From Parcubacteria group bacterium (lineage in GTDB: Bacteria; Patescibacteriota; Minisyncoccia; Moranbacterales; UBA2206), in assembly GCA_041659505.1 (NCBI GenBank), contig JBAZYF010000001.1, positions 321,719 through 385,718 of the forward strand: a DNA stretch of 64,000 nt. The letters run 5' to 3'. Of this stretch, positions 17,935 through 29,600 are shown piece by piece (within the stretch, counting starts at the first letter, position 1; each line of letters begins with the position of its first letter). The position numbers and the translations under genes are program-made. The notes beneath the pieces are model-generated. The model had not been told where the DNA came from, ran no database searches, and saw only the letters and a program-made list of their open reading frames with translations.

Positions 17935-18309
17935 CTATTTGATCAATTCAAATCCGCCAATAATCGGTAATTTTTTCATCTCTCCCTTGGCAGAATTAAT
18001 GATGCCCATAATCGCCAAAACTATGATCAAAATTGAGCCCAGTGGCAAAATAATAAACCAACCCAGAAACGGAATAATTGTTCCCACTACATTTACTGCA
18101 ATGGCCGCCAAGAGCAGATTGAGCTGTTGGTTGGCATGAAACTTAGCAAACGGACTGTTTTTGGCATCTGATACTAACGGGATAAAAAACAAAATTGGGA
18201 TTATGTATCCAACGATCGCCATCGCTTTATTTTTCTCCGCATCTTCCTTATTCACTTGTGGAGCGACTGTAGGAGCTTGCCCGCCAGCCTCATTTTTTTG
18301 TTCGTCCAT
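17935..18309 (-). CDS. DUF4870-like membrane protein
   Basis: NKAMAIVGY...AKFHANQ...GIINSAKGEMKKLPIIG. Confidence 0.75.
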   Translation of the reverse strand: MDEQKNEAGGQAPTVAPQVNKEDAEKNKAMAIVGYIIPILFFIPLVSDAKNSPFAKFHANQQLNLLLAAIAVNVVGTIIPFLGWFIILPLGSILIIVLAIMGIINSAKGEMKKLPIIGGFELIK

Positions 18310-18377
18310 ATTTTTATTATTATATTACTTATGAATTACTTGCCCCTATTCTAGCATAACCCCAAATATCCGCAAGC

Positions 18378-18755
18378 TTAAGCGACGCCAGAAAGCTCCC
18401 GCAAAATTTCTTCTGGAATAGGATTCTTCTGCGGACTCACCCCCGGATACCGCCACGCACTAATAATTTTCAAAGGATTTTTTTCCAAAATTTTACATTT
18501 TGATTTTTGCATTTTACATTTTCTTTGGTACATCACCCAAACCTCATGCTTCCAAACTTCCTTGCCACTCACAATTTTTGGCGAAACTGGCTTCATGACA
18601 GCAATCGTCTTTTCCACAATCCCCTCCTCTTTTCTTTTGGGACTATTGATCACTCCCAAGATTTTTTGCTCGCTAAGGCCATAAAACCGCATCTTGAATT
18701 TCACGTGCTCGGTCCAACAGTAACGGCTGGTGTTTTTGGGGGATTTTGTAATCAT
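18378..18755 (-). CDS. Conserved hypothetical protein (DUF4258/RelE-like pattern)
   Basis: WTEH...M..YGLS....VI..PKR.EEGI...EVWVMY...IISAWRYPG. Confidence 0.6.
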   Translation of the reverse strand: MITKSPKNTSRYCWTEHVKFKMRFYGLSEQKILGVINSPKRKEEGIVEKTIAVMKPVSPKIVSGKEVWKHEVWVMYQRKCKMQKSKCKILEKNPLKIISAWRYPGVSPQKNPIPEEILRELSGVA

Positions 18756-18774
18756 ACTGCTTTATCCGTAAATC

Positions 18775-19590
18775 CTAATCTTCCTGCTCATTAAACAGAT
18801 ACTTCTCCGGTTTCAGATAAAAAAACAAAGCCGTAAGATTGTGACCAAGAAATTTATTGTCTTTATAAAAAATATTATATTTAAACGCTTTTATTTTTTC
18901 CACTAATTTTTTACCATAATGAAAAGGTATTATAACATCTGCCTTACTGAGAAAAATTGAGATTTTTTTAACTTTTAGTTTATTAATATTATTTTCCGGA
19001 GCCAAGCTCTGCCAATATTCTTTTAGTTTTTTCAAAGTAATCTTCTTTCTCTTATAGACTTCCCTTATTTTTTGAGTACTAATCCCCTTCCACATTGACT
19101 CGGCCAAGCAACGCCCAGGGACGATCAGGAAAAGTTCATCAATAGTTGAATTATTATTTGCAATCATGCAAGTATTGATACAACCAATACTAACTCCGAT
19201 GAGTTTTATTTTTTTAAACTTATGTTTTTTCTTAATTTTTTCTATTTCTTCAATAATAGCCTTGCGTATTCTACTAAATTCCTCCAGAGTAATTTCCCAA
19301 TTCGCAGATAAAATTGCCTCAGGAAATTCATACTCAAGGAATGAATATCCTCTCTCGAGTATTTTTTTCCGGAGAAAATAATTAAGATAGAGACGTCCTC
19401 CCCACGGAGGGAGAATGACAAACAATTCTTCTGAATCCTTACTCTGCCAAAATTTCTTTTTTATCAACTTTCGAGCGGGAATTTTTTCGTCAAAAACCTG
19501 CCTACTATGTCTGATATAGAAAAATATTTTATCAAAGATCATATTGTGTATGTGTTTTGGAATTTTTCCGACATTTTTTAAGCCTTGCAA
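18775..19590 (-). CDS. Alpha/beta hydrolase
   Basis: GVSIG nucleophile elbow, D.IIP, C-terminal GH. Confidence 0.7.
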   Translation of the reverse strand: MQGLKNVGKIPKHIHNMIFDKIFFYIRHSRQVFDEKIPARKLIKKKFWQSKDSEELFVILPPWGGRLYLNYFLRKKILERGYSFLEYEFPEAILSANWEITLEEFSRIRKAIIEEIEKIKKKHKFKKIKLIGVSIGCINTCMIANNNSTIDELFLIVPGRCLAESMWKGISTQKIREVYKRKKITLKKLKEYWQSLAPENNINKLKVKKISIFLSKADVIIPFHYGKKLVEKIKAFKYNIFYKDNKFLGHNLTALFFYLKPEKYLFNEQED

Positions 19591-19594
19591 AAAA

Positions 19595-20485
19595 TCAAAT
19601 ATTCATCCCTCTCAACGCCTTGATTCTTTCTTCGATGGGAGGATGGGTCATAAAAAGCGAGGAAACTTTTTTGCCTTTGAATGGGTTGGCGATAAAAAGA
19701 TGAGCTGTGGCACGGTTAGCGACTTCAAGCGGTTCCGTATCTTGGGAAATTTTTTCCAGAGCACTGGCAAGCCCTTCTGGGTAGCGGGTGAGCAGTGCCC
19801 CATCGGCGTCAGCCAGGAATTCCCTTTTTCGCGAAATTGCCAGTTGCATCAAAACTCCAGCAATCGGAGCTAGGATAGAAAGGACGATCGCCAGAACAAT
19901 AAAGAGTAACCGCAATTGCCCTCCTCCCTCGCTATCAGATCCTCTACGAAAAAACGCCCAGTGACGGAACCAATCGGCCAAAAGTGTCACGAAACCGACC
20001 ATAACTACGACGACTGTGGAAAGCAAGATATCGCGATTACCAATATGCGAAAGCTCATGAGCAATCACCGCCTCCAGTTCTGTTTTTTCTAAGCGAGCGA
20101 TAATTCCCGTTGTGAGGCAAATCACTCCATGCTCCGGATCTCGTCCAGTCGCAAAAGCGTTCATCGCCGAGTCTTGGATGACATAGATTTTAGGCACAGG
20201 AAGCCCCGCCGTAATGCAAAGATTTTCCACGAGATGATAAATCTCGCGATTGCTATCATGATCGATTTCCTTGGCGCTACTCATTGCCAAAACAATTTTA
20301 TCGCTCCACCAATAGGATCCAAAACTCATCACAACAGAAAAGATGACTGCGATGTAGAGAATGTTACTATTCCCCATCGCTCCGGCAAAAACATAACCAA
20401 CACCGATGACAAAGATCAAAAAGCCGGTGATGTAGACCCAGGTGAGACGCGTATTTTTATCTGCTTGATTGTATAATGTTGACAT
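19595..20485 (-). CDS. htpX: M48 zinc metalloprotease HtpX
   Basis: NAFATG, AHELSH, SRKREFLAD, THPP. Start placed at MSTLY. Confidence 0.93.
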   Translation of the reverse strand: MSTLYNQADKNTRLTWVYITGFLIFVIGVGYVFAGAMGNSNILYIAVIFSVVMSFGSYWWSDKIVLAMSSAKEIDHDSNREIYHLVENLCITAGLPVPKIYVIQDSAMNAFATGRDPEHGVICLTTGIIARLEKTELEAVIAHELSHIGNRDILLSTVVVVMVGFVTLLADWFRHWAFFRRGSDSEGGGQLRLLFIVLAIVLSILAPIAGVLMQLAISRKREFLADADGALLTRYPEGLASALEKISQDTEPLEVANRATAHLFIANPFKGKKVSSLFMTHPPIEERIKALRGMNI

Positions 20486-20491
20486 AAAATT

Positions 20492-20581
20492 CTGAACCAC
20501 AGATTATCACATGAGCACACTGATTTCACTTGATTTTTTAATCAGTGCAATCAGGCAGATCAGTGCTAATCAGTGGTTCTG
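20492..20581. repeat. Imperfect inverted repeat of acagatt/aatcagtg units in the htpX leader
   Basis: gaaccacagatt...aatcagtggttc; related half copy at 23152-23212. Confidence 0.5.
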
Positions 20582-20607
20582 ATAATTATAGCTCATTTAT
20601 TTTCTAT

Positions 20608-21687
20608 TTAAAAATGTCCATTTTTCAGACTATTTTTCAGCTCCGGAGAAACAGCACTATTTTCACTGAGCCAAAAAAGTAAATTGTCTTTCTTTTGACC
20701 TTCGGCCAGTGTCGTGCTGCCATCTTTATTCAGACTGAGCGGAGAAAGATAAAAATCTAAATTAGTACCTTTCACAGACACACCAACTGCCAAGCCCTCC
20801 ATCGTTTCAGGCGAAAAATATTGATCAAATACAAAATTACCGAGAGAATAAAAGATAGCTTTGTTTTTGTAAATCTCGATCGGCTGGACAACATGCGGAT
20901 GCGAACCAATGATCAGATCTGCTCCAGCATCGACAAAACTATGCGCCCAATCTTTTTGCTGAGTACTAGTAGTCCGCGCATATTCATTTCCCCAGTGGGC
21001 ATAAAGTACTACGAAATCATTGGCCTTTTTGAGTGCACTTATCTCCGCCGCAACACTCTGCGCGTCTTCTCCGAAAAACTGATTAAAAGCGACAAGGGCG
21101 ACCTTTTTCCCTGCAATTTCTTTTGTAAGCGGTTCGCTTTTGCCTTTAATATCGCCAAAATAGCCAACACCATTTTCTTTCAAAAAACTTTCCGTCTCCA
21201 TTAGTCCCTCTTTCCCAAAATTTAAAATATGATTATTACCAAGAAAAATAGAACTAGCGTGTGTGTGTTTTAGGAAATCTTTTGTCGCATTTTGGTCAAA
21301 AGTAAAACTCATATGCCCTTTCTCACCAGGCACAGTATTTTGCGAGACAGATTTATTTTCCGTCACCGGTCCTTCTAGGTTAAAAACTATTTCATCTGGT
21401 CCCAAAAATAGCCGCGCCATTTTTTCCGTGATAAACCCAACACCTTTTTTATCCGCAACGGTTCTGATTTGACGATCAAGCATCGCGTCTCCGGCGAAAA
21501 GAAAACTAAGCGACTTTTCTTCTTTTTTATCAGCCACAGGCAAAGAAACAGCCTTTTTTGAGGCCGTTTCCATTTTTTGTTCATTAACTATTTCCGTATT
21601 TGATTTGCCTGGTTTAACAAAAGCAAAACCTATCACGACCACAATAACCAGAAAGGCTAAACTGCAAATCAGAATTTTTTGTTTCAT
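20608..21687 (-). CDS. CapA (PGA_cap) family metallophosphoesterase
   Basis: FAGDAML, NLEGP, GNNH, HWGNE, GSHPHV, YSLGNFVFDQ. Confidence 0.9.
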   Translation of the reverse strand: MKQKILICSLAFLVIVVVIGFAFVKPGKSNTEIVNEQKMETASKKAVSLPVADKKEEKSLSFLFAGDAMLDRQIRTVADKKGVGFITEKMARLFLGPDEIVFNLEGPVTENKSVSQNTVPGEKGHMSFTFDQNATKDFLKHTHASSIFLGNNHILNFGKEGLMETESFLKENGVGYFGDIKGKSEPLTKEIAGKKVALVAFNQFFGEDAQSVAAEISALKKANDFVVLYAHWGNEYARTTSTQQKDWAHSFVDAGADLIIGSHPHVVQPIEIYKNKAIFYSLGNFVFDQYFSPETMEGLAVGVSVKGTNLDFYLSPLSLNKDGSTTLAEGQKKDNLLFWLSENSAVSPELKNSLKNGHF

Positions 21688-21712
21688 GTTTTATGCTACA
21701 TGTTGTATATAG

Positions 21713-22261
21713 TTAGAACTCCACTTTCACATTCTCCTTCTCCGCTCCGGCGGCTTCGAAAAATTCACGTTTGGTAAAATTCAAAGCGCTGGCCAAAATG
21801 TTGGTTGGAAAAACCTCGATTTTTGTATTGAAGTCACGCACATTGCCGTTGTAGAATCTTCGGGACGCCATAATCTTATCTTCTGTGTCAGTCAGCTCTC
21901 GTTGCAATTCCAAAAAGTTTTGGTTTGCTTTCAGTTCGGGATAATTTTCGGAAACAGCAAAAAGTGTTTTCAATGTTCCAGAAAGGGCATTTTCCGCCTC
22001 AGCCTTGTCCTGAGCATTTCCTGCTCCCATCGCTCGAGTTCTCGCTTCGGTCACTTTCTCAAAAACTTCCTTCTCGTGCGCCGCATAACCCTTCACGGTG
22101 CTTATCAAATTCGGAATCAAGTCATAGCGTCTTTTGAGTTGGACATCAATGTCACTCCATGCTTCATCTACACGATTTTTCAGGCGAATGAGACCGTTAT
22201 ACATACCCACTAGCCCCAGAGCCAACACTACGACGACCACGAGCACGATTATTCCCACCAT
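21713..22261 (-). CDS. lemA: LemA family protein
   Basis: AWSDIDVQLKRRYDLIPNL, ENYPELKANQNF. Confidence 0.95.
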   Translation of the reverse strand: MVGIIVLVVVVVLALGLVGMYNGLIRLKNRVDEAWSDIDVQLKRRYDLIPNLISTVKGYAAHEKEVFEKVTEARTRAMGAGNAQDKAEAENALSGTLKTLFAVSENYPELKANQNFLELQRELTDTEDKIMASRRFYNGNVRDFNTKIEVFPTNILASALNFTKREFFEAAGAEKENVKVEF

Positions 22262-22421
22262 ATTTTTTAGCGTTAAAAATTACCCCTAGATTATAGCATT
22301 TTTGGAAAAAAATGCAAAAAAAAATAATCTATGCTAAAATTAAATTGTCAAATATGTGTGCACAAAAAAATGTCAGCCCATGGCTGATCCGCCTCGGGCG
22401 GATAATCACTAACAAAAAACT

Positions 22422-22874
22422 ATGCCAAATATTTCCAGCTACTATGTAGTACTACTCCCTATTGCCATCGGATTCACCGTTTGGGTGATCAAGTTTCTGG
22501 TTTTTTATATCCGGCACGATTTCAATTGGAGTCACGCCGTCAAACACGGAACCACCTATGGCCATATGCCCTCCGCCCACACTGGATTTATCACCTCACT
22601 CGTCACTTCTGTCGGATATTATGAAGGGATGGATTCCGGTGCTTTTGCCGTTGCTGTCGCGCTCGCTATCATCGTCGTTGATGACGCCTTGCGCCTAAGG
22701 ATCTATATGGGCGACCAAGGTCGCCGGCTTAACTTCATCATTGAACAGCTAAAGATCAGCAAAAAAGAATTCCCTCGCCTCAAAGAACGGGTCGGACACC
22801 GAAAAAGCGAAGTGATTGTCGGCGCGATTTTGGGAGTTCTCTTAACTTATCTATTGGCTACTTTCTTGAAATAG
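22422..22874 (+). CDS. Divergent PAP2 family (DUF212) protein
   Basis: GHMPSAH, D.A..LR, LKERVGH...EV.VG. Confidence 0.85.
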   Translation: MPNISSYYVVLLPIAIGFTVWVIKFLVFYIRHDFNWSHAVKHGTTYGHMPSAHTGFITSLVTSVGYYEGMDSGAFAVAVALAIIVVDDALRLRIYMGDQGRRLNFIIEQLKISKKEFPRLKERVGHRKSEVIVGAILGVLLTYLLATFLK

Positions 22875-22902
22875 CTTTATTTAAAAATAATCACCAGTCA
22901 AT

Positions 22903-23105
22903 GTGTCATTCCCGCGACCGCGTGCTGCCTTAGCTTTAGCGGTGGAGCAAGGCGGGAATCCAGGTTTCACTAGTTGTAAACTCTAGAAAATTAAGTTGCA
23001 AGTGTAATAAACTTTATATATCAGTCAGTCTTGAATTTTAATAATTCGCTTCTTCTCAACTTTTAGCCTGAGGTGCCTGGATTCCCGCCTTCGCGGGAAT
23101 GACAC
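22903..23105. mobile_element. MITE-like element, family C copy 1 (GTCATTCCCGCG...CGCGGGAATGAC) with a nested insertion
   Basis: Termini and internal spacer homologous to 57647-57817 and 63639-63810. Confidence 0.75.
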
Positions 23106-23208
23106 GTAAAAAAAGAACCGCACGGTTCTTTTTTATATTTGAATTTAAATAAGTGTAATCAGGAAAATCAGTGCGAACCCGCCTGCTCGGCGTGGCGAAA
23201 TCAGTGGT

Positions 23209-24507
23209 TCAGATTTTTTTCAACTCCTCCTCAATCACCCTCCGATCATTCCAAGGAATTTTTTCTTTCCCCACTTGCATTATTTCTTCTGCGCCTTTGC
23301 CGGTGACTAAAATTATATCGCCGGGCTTGGCTAATTTTAGTGCGCTGGAGATGGCCAACCTTCTGTCTAAAATTCTCCAGCAGTTCTGATTCTCTTTCAG
23401 TTTTTTATTTTTCACCACGCCAGAAAATACGGCGTCGATGATTATTTGCGGATCTTCTCCATACGGGTCTTCATTAGTCACAAAGACATAATTCGCGCAA
23501 TTAGACACAATTTCTCCCATTATTGGACGCTTGCCTTTGTCACGATCTCCACAGGAACCAAACACCCAAATTAAGCTCTGCTTGGCTGTTTTTTGCTCGA
23601 TAATTAGCGCGCCTAATTTTTCCAAACTGTCCGGTGTTACCGCATAGTCGATTATAATTTTTACACCGAGAGCATTTTCCACCTCATCCATCCGCCCAAC
23701 GACTTTAGTAATTTTCGCCAGTGCCTTTTTTATTTTCTCCAGATCAATTTTTTGGGAAATTCCGACGCATATCGCTGCCAATGCATTTTCCACATTAAAC
23801 AGTCCTGGCAGATTTATCTTAAACTTATGCCTATCAATCTCAAACTCCGAACCATCAATCCCCAGTTTTATATTTCTGGCTTGGACAGTTTTTATTTTCT
23901 TATCTTTCAGCTCCGCCGTATCATTTTTTGTCGTATAAACATAAACATTTTTCGCCCCACAGTTCAAAAATTCCTCCGGCTGTTCCATATCAAGATTCAC
24001 AATCGCTGTTTTGACGCTCCTGAATAATCGCAATTTCACTCGGCGATATTCTTCCATCGTCGCGTGGTAATCCAAATGCTCGCGCGTCACATTCGTAATC
24101 ACGGCGCTAGCATATTTCACCCCCCAAACCCGGCTCTGATCGAGCGAATGTGATGATGTTTCCAAAACTAAATATTCACACTTGGCTTTTACCGCTTGAG
24201 CGATAAATTTTTGTGTCTCATATGCCGAAACAGTCGTAAACTTTGTCTTATTCACCCATTCCTTTTCTCCCATCTTAAAATTAATCGTCGAAATCATGGC
24301 TACGCGCGCGCCGGATTCTTCCAGAATTTTCGCAATCATCTGACTCGTAGTTGTTTTGCCATTTGTACCAGTGATGCCGATTACTTTAATCTTGCGAGAA
24401 GGAAAGCCATAGCGAATATTCGCCAAGACTGCTTGCGAAAGATGGTAGCTATTTTTGAGGTTTTGGGGAAAAAGCGCTTTGATAGACATAAAATAATTTT
24501 TGCTCAT
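23209..24507 (-). CDS. murE: UDP-N-acetylmuramoyl-tripeptide synthetase (MurE-type Mur ligase)
   Basis: GITGTNGKTT, ETSSH, TNVTREHLDYH, GRM, DYA, GDRDKGKRP, GKG.E. Confidence 0.88.
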   Translation of the reverse strand: MSKNYFMSIKALFPQNLKNSYHLSQAVLANIRYGFPSRKIKVIGITGTNGKTTTSQMIAKILEESGARVAMISTINFKMGEKEWVNKTKFTTVSAYETQKFIAQAVKAKCEYLVLETSSHSLDQSRVWGVKYASAVITNVTREHLDYHATMEEYRRVKLRLFRSVKTAIVNLDMEQPEEFLNCGAKNVYVYTTKNDTAELKDKKIKTVQARNIKLGIDGSEFEIDRHKFKINLPGLFNVENALAAICVGISQKIDLEKIKKALAKITKVVGRMDEVENALGVKIIIDYAVTPDSLEKLGALIIEQKTAKQSLIWVFGSCGDRDKGKRPIMGEIVSNCANYVFVTNEDPYGEDPQIIIDAVFSGVVKNKKLKENQNCWRILDRRLAISSALKLAKPGDIILVTGKGAEEIMQVGKEKIPWNDRRVIEEELKKI

Positions 24508-24585
24508 TTGCACTTCTATCTTACCAGCCAATGAGCAATTCAAGCAAGAAAATTATTTAGAACCTGATTAATAGCACGTTACGAC

Positions 24586-24619
24586 AGGGACTAAGTCCCC
24601 AATTGGGGACTTAGTCCCT
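24586..24619. repeat. Perfect 34-bp palindrome (REP-like)
   Basis: agggactaagtccccaa|ttggggacttagtccct. Confidence 0.8.
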
Positions 24620-24658
24620 ATAGAACACTTTTTAGTTAAATTAGCATAAGTCATCATG

Positions 24659-25960
24659 CTATTCATAACGCAAAGCATCGAGAGCATGGGTCTTGGAAGC
24701 GCGACGTGCCGGCATGATGCCCGTGGCAAAACCAAGGAACGCCACAAAAGCGACGATGGCAATTACAAAATACATCGGGACAGAGATGAAGTTGACCACA
24801 TCCTCTCCTCTTTGTTTGGCGAAATAATTAAAGATGGCATTGGCGCCTTTTGCTGCGCCATAACCCATTGAAAATCCCAAAATTCCGCCGGAAAAACTAA
24901 TGATAGCCGCTTCGAAGATAAACATTTTGAACACATCGGCTCGTTTGGCGCCGAGGGCTTTCAAGATCCCCACTTCGCGGGTTCGTTGCAGAAGGGAAAC
25001 GCTCAAAGTATTGAGCATGCCCATGGCGGAAATGGACATAATGATCGTGCCAAAAACCACCATCACAATCTTTATTACATTGAAAAAAGAATTGACATCT
25101 GTCACTGTATCGCTGATGCTTTCCGTGGAAAAGCCCATCTGTTCGATGCGAGACCGGATAGAATTAAGATCGGCCTGGATGTTTACTTCAACTTTTCCCG
25201 CCTGTCCACCAGTCAAGCCGAAGTCTTCCTTGAGGTGATCATACATCGTGACGGCATATAATGAGGTATTTTTATTGCTGTCATCATTGATCAATCCGGC
25301 AATCTCAATGTCTTCTTTTTCTTGTTTTTTTGCAATGTCTTTGTTGATAATATCTTCTGAAATGATTACTTCATATTGAACAGTTTTGCCAATGATATCG
25401 GCTGGATTGTCATAGCCCATCAGTTGCGCCAGCTTTGGTGTGACAAAAACTTTTTCTTCCGTATCGCTAAAATTAGTCGACCCTTCTTTGATCCGCACAT
25501 TGGCCATTTCCATATACCCCCGCGTGTAGCCGTAGAGCACTGAATCGATTTTGGTGTCGTTGCTATAGAATTTCACGCCGATATTGACTGCCCTTTCTAC
25601 TCGCGTTACGCCCTCGGTGGCACGAATTTTTTCCATCGTTTCGTCATTAAGCGTGATCAGATTTTCCAAGCTACCATTACTCACCTCAACCACATTAGAA
25701 GGATTATTTTTCGTGATCTCGCGAATGACCATTTCTTGAATTCCAAAACCCAAAGAGATAAGAAAAGTAATGATCCCAATGCCAATGCCCACTCCGCCGA
25801 TCGTCAGAAAAGAGCGAATCTTGTTGGCTGCGATATTGCGCCAGCTGATAAGCGTGATGACGGAAAATTGCATATTCACACCAATATCCTCTCTTTCTTT
25901 TCCAAAGAGTCGATACGCTCGATCGAGCAGGCTATTTTTTATTTTTGAGATTATACTCAT
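24659..25960 (-). CDS. MacB/FtsX-type ABC permease
   Basis: RSFLTIGGVGIG, large extracytoplasmic domain, QRTREVGILKALGA, PARRAS...ALRYE. Confidence 0.9.
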   Translation of the reverse strand: MSIISKIKNSLLDRAYRLFGKEREDIGVNMQFSVITLISWRNIAANKIRSFLTIGGVGIGIGIITFLISLGFGIQEMVIREITKNNPSNVVEVSNGSLENLITLNDETMEKIRATEGVTRVERAVNIGVKFYSNDTKIDSVLYGYTRGYMEMANVRIKEGSTNFSDTEEKVFVTPKLAQLMGYDNPADIIGKTVQYEVIISEDIINKDIAKKQEKEDIEIAGLINDDSNKNTSLYAVTMYDHLKEDFGLTGGQAGKVEVNIQADLNSIRSRIEQMGFSTESISDTVTDVNSFFNVIKIVMVVFGTIIMSISAMGMLNTLSVSLLQRTREVGILKALGAKRADVFKMFIFEAAIISFSGGILGFSMGYGAAKGANAIFNYFAKQRGEDVVNFISVPMYFVIAIVAFVAFLGFATGIMPARRASKTHALDALRYE

Positions 25961-26694
25961 TTTGTCATACAGCTTTTGGCCTGTGCTTCAATTGCACAAC
26001 TTTTAGCTTGTGTTTCATTGGAAATAATTTTTCCATCTTCCATGTTGATGATCCTTGTTCCGAAACAATATTGACTTGGATTGTGCGTAACCATCACAAC
26101 CGTGAGACCAAATTGTTTGTTGATATCTTCAATCAGCTTCATTAATTCATCCCCCGCTTTATGATCAAGATTGCCCGTCGGTTCATCAGCAATAATCAAT
26201 TGCGGATCAAGCAAGAGCGAGCGAGCCAGGGCGATACGTTGTTGTTGCCCTCCGGAAAGATCATACGGCCGGTGATTAGCCCACTTGCTCATACCCACGA
26301 GCTCAATCAGTTTGGCCGCTTTTGGGATCGATTCGTGAAAAGAAGCGCCAGCGATAACGGCAGGGATAGTGATATTTTCAATGACTGAAAGCGATTTGAT
26401 CCAAAAAGCTTGCTGAGGAATGAAACCGATATTTTTATTGCGAAAATGGGCGCGCCAGTCTTTGGAATAGCTCCAAATATCTTTGCCATCAATAATAATT
26501 TTGCCTTCCGTCGGCGGTTCCAATCCATAGATCGAATGGAGCAAGGTAGACTTTCCGCAACCAGACGGACCGATGAGCAGACAAAACTCTCCCTTCATTA
26601 TCTCAAAATCCAAACCAAAAAGAATGGGGATAACATTTTCACCAACCCGAAATTCCTTTTTTATATTCTCCACTCTAATTTTTACTTCGCCCAT
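25957..26694 (-). CDS. LolD/MacB-type ABC ATP-binding protein
   Basis: GPSGCGKST, LSGGQQQR, ADEPTGNLD, VTH; overlaps both neighbouring genes. Confidence 0.92.
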   Translation of the reverse strand: MGEVKIRVENIKKEFRVGENVIPILFGLDFEIMKGEFCLLIGPSGCGKSTLLHSIYGLEPPTEGKIIIDGKDIWSYSKDWRAHFRNKNIGFIPQQAFWIKSLSVIENITIPAVIAGASFHESIPKAAKLIELVGMSKWANHRPYDLSGGQQQRIALARSLLLDPQLIIADEPTGNLDHKAGDELMKLIEDINKQFGLTVVMVTHNPSQYCFGTRIINMEDGKIISNETQAKSCAIEAQAKSCMTK

Positions 26695-29600
26695 AAATTT
26701 GACATCCAACCGAAACGCGACGCAAACGTTCCCGTGATCACTTCAGTCGCGCTCGCTTTAGCTTTCTCTACTACCACGCTGGTAATTTCAGTTTTCGTTA
26801 AGTTACCCACTGCGTCATAACACTCTGCTTCATAACTATATACCTGTCCTGGTTCGGCTGGAATAGTGATGAGGTGATAGGTATTAAGACCATCACTGGA
26901 AACGGTTTGCTCTAAAGTTGAAGTGACTACTCCTTTGGCATATTTAACTTTGACATTCGTTTCCTCATCGGTTTCTATCTTGATGTATACATTGGCTTGT
27001 GAGTTATTGCCTCGTCCCAGCACCTTTCCCAGTGAGCGATTAGTGACAACTTTTGGCGGACGGGAATCAGATTTAGTGGTGATTTTTTGCTCCAGAGGCG
27101 TAATATTGATTCCATTGTCATCGGTGCCAGTGATGGACAGGGTATACTCCTTAGCGGGATCAAGCCCTTCAATTCTTGCTTCATGCTCAGTCACTTTTTC
27201 GGAAGTGAGAAATGTGTGCGGGGAGCTTTCTTCGCTACTTTTGAAATAAACCAAGGTGGTGGTGGGGACGTTTGTCAGATATCTGATAACGATTGTCGGT
27301 AAATCGACATTTTCTTCGTTCTGGACGGTTACATCACTAGCTGTTGGCTGTTTCGGAGTAACAAAGGTGTATTCATCGGAAGAAAATTCATTCAAATCAG
27401 CATCGACGCAAGAAATTTTGAGTGTGTACGTGCTATCAGCGGAAAGATTATTTATCCGTTGCACATGACTTGCTCCGCCCGACTCTTCCTTATTCGTGCC
27501 CGCTCCATAGCTAAGCGTGCAGGCGGCGCTGACATTAGTTTCCCAGGAAACGATCGCTTCATTGAGCACAATGTTAGTAATCAGCACCTCAGAAATTGTC
27601 GGCGGTGGAAGAGTGATAAAATTTAGTATATCAGACATACCGATATTACCGTCCGGATCAATATACTTCACACGATAAAAATATTTTGTTCCGGCCGAAA
27701 GGCCTGTGACATCAACCATGTGATCGGTGAGGGAGTCAACTTGTCCATTGGTCTTGCCAAAACTGGACGATGTGCCATATTCCACAAATGAACTGGCTAC
27801 ACGATTAGTCGCCCAAGTAAAGTTAGCCGCGAACGATTGGACAGTTACTTTTGGCACACCAACCAGAGTTGGCGCTGTAGTATAGCGACCAGTTGGAGTT
27901 AAAGAAACAATACTAGTCGGGATAGAATAATTATTAGTCTTATCTTTTGATTTGACATAATAGTAGTACAATTTACTTTCTAGGTTAGTGTCTACGAAAG
28001 CTGAACCAGTCGTCATCGCAATTTCATCACCAAAATTAATTCCGTCATCTGAGCGAAAAATAGCATAACCGGCAAAATTCCCTTCATCATAAGTTGTCGG
28101 AGCGCTCCATTTGAGCGCTATGCTATATTCCGCAGCTTCACGATCCGATGTGTCAAAAGCCTGAGCATTAAGCGGAGGACCAGGCGCAGTTGTTCTCGCG
28201 TAAAAAAACACATCTGCCGGATGCTCCCAATCCACATCGTCTGGATTAGTCTTTGATCCGCCCTCACTCATCGCTACGATATGGAAAGTATTTTTCCCAA
28301 ATTGCGTAGCAAACGGTCCAGGACCAGCTGATGTAGCCGTTGTTTCTACGGTATTAAAAGGCGTAGGATCATAATTAACGGAATAAAAGTAAGTGATCTT
28401 ACTAGAATCGCCCGCATAAGATTCGGGAATATGCCAAGTGAAAGTAAAATTATTGGTCACATTATCTTCATTGCTCGGGTTGACTTCAAGCCCAATCGGT
28501 TTGGATGCGGCGCCCCCGCTCCAGAAAAAATACTTAGCCCCAGAAACAGTTTCATTACCAGCGACATCTAAAACTTTTAGATAAAATTCATTTTCATTTG
28601 GCTGATAGGGCTCCACTATCTGAGAAAGTGTCCCCAATTCCGTAAGTTCATGCCAAGTATCAGGAGTTTCGTTGCCTAGTCTGTACTGAAATCGATCTAT
28701 TCCCGATTGATCATCTTCCGCATCATCCAACCAAGACCAAGTGAATTTACTAGAGGAAGAATAACTGCTTGGATTGGCAGAAATGTTGGTCGGCAAGGTC
28801 GGCGCTGTTTTATCAAGCTGATAAATAAACCCTGTATAACTTTCCGATGGCAGCCCGACGTTGTCTACGGCTGCTATTTTTAAATAATATTTTTTTCCAC
28901 TATCTGTTGGAAGGAGCGTCGGAGCGGAAAAGGTGTTCCCCTCTTGAAAATCACCGTTTGCAATCGCATCAGGGCACTCTTCTTCCGTACCAAAGCAAAC
29001 ATAATATCCGGAGATTCCCGAGCCACCCGGATTCGGATTATCGCTAGCGCCATTCGCTTCTCCCGCCACCGGCCATTCAAAATAAGGCGTATCATATCCA
29101 TACCAATTTTGGCCGGTTGGATACTCCTCATCAGTAACATTTGTAATGATTACTCGAGGATCTTCCGCGGAAGTTGCTTCCTTGCTATAAGCTGTTACCG
29201 CAGAGGGACTATTTGGTTGCTCGATATCTTGATAGTAATAGATAGAAAAATCATCCACCCGAGGAGAAAAGATCTGATCGGCAGAAGCAAAGCCGATCCG
29301 AACTTGAATATATTGCCTGGGATCAGAGTTTATATTGAACACGTGACGATTGCCATAAACATGCTCATTGGATACTGGCGTCCAAGTTGACCAATCAGCT
29401 TCATCTTCCGGCAAAAGAGAACCGCTCTCGGATGTTCTGGTTTCAAAAGTTAAAAAGTTATTAACTTCATCAGGCAACGTATAATCGATAGAGATATTTC
29501 CCCATCTGTACACTGAATTATGCGTGTCAATAACACCGGAAACATAATTACCAGTCTTCGAAAAACCGACCTGATTGGCGCTTGAACTAACAACGTAGTT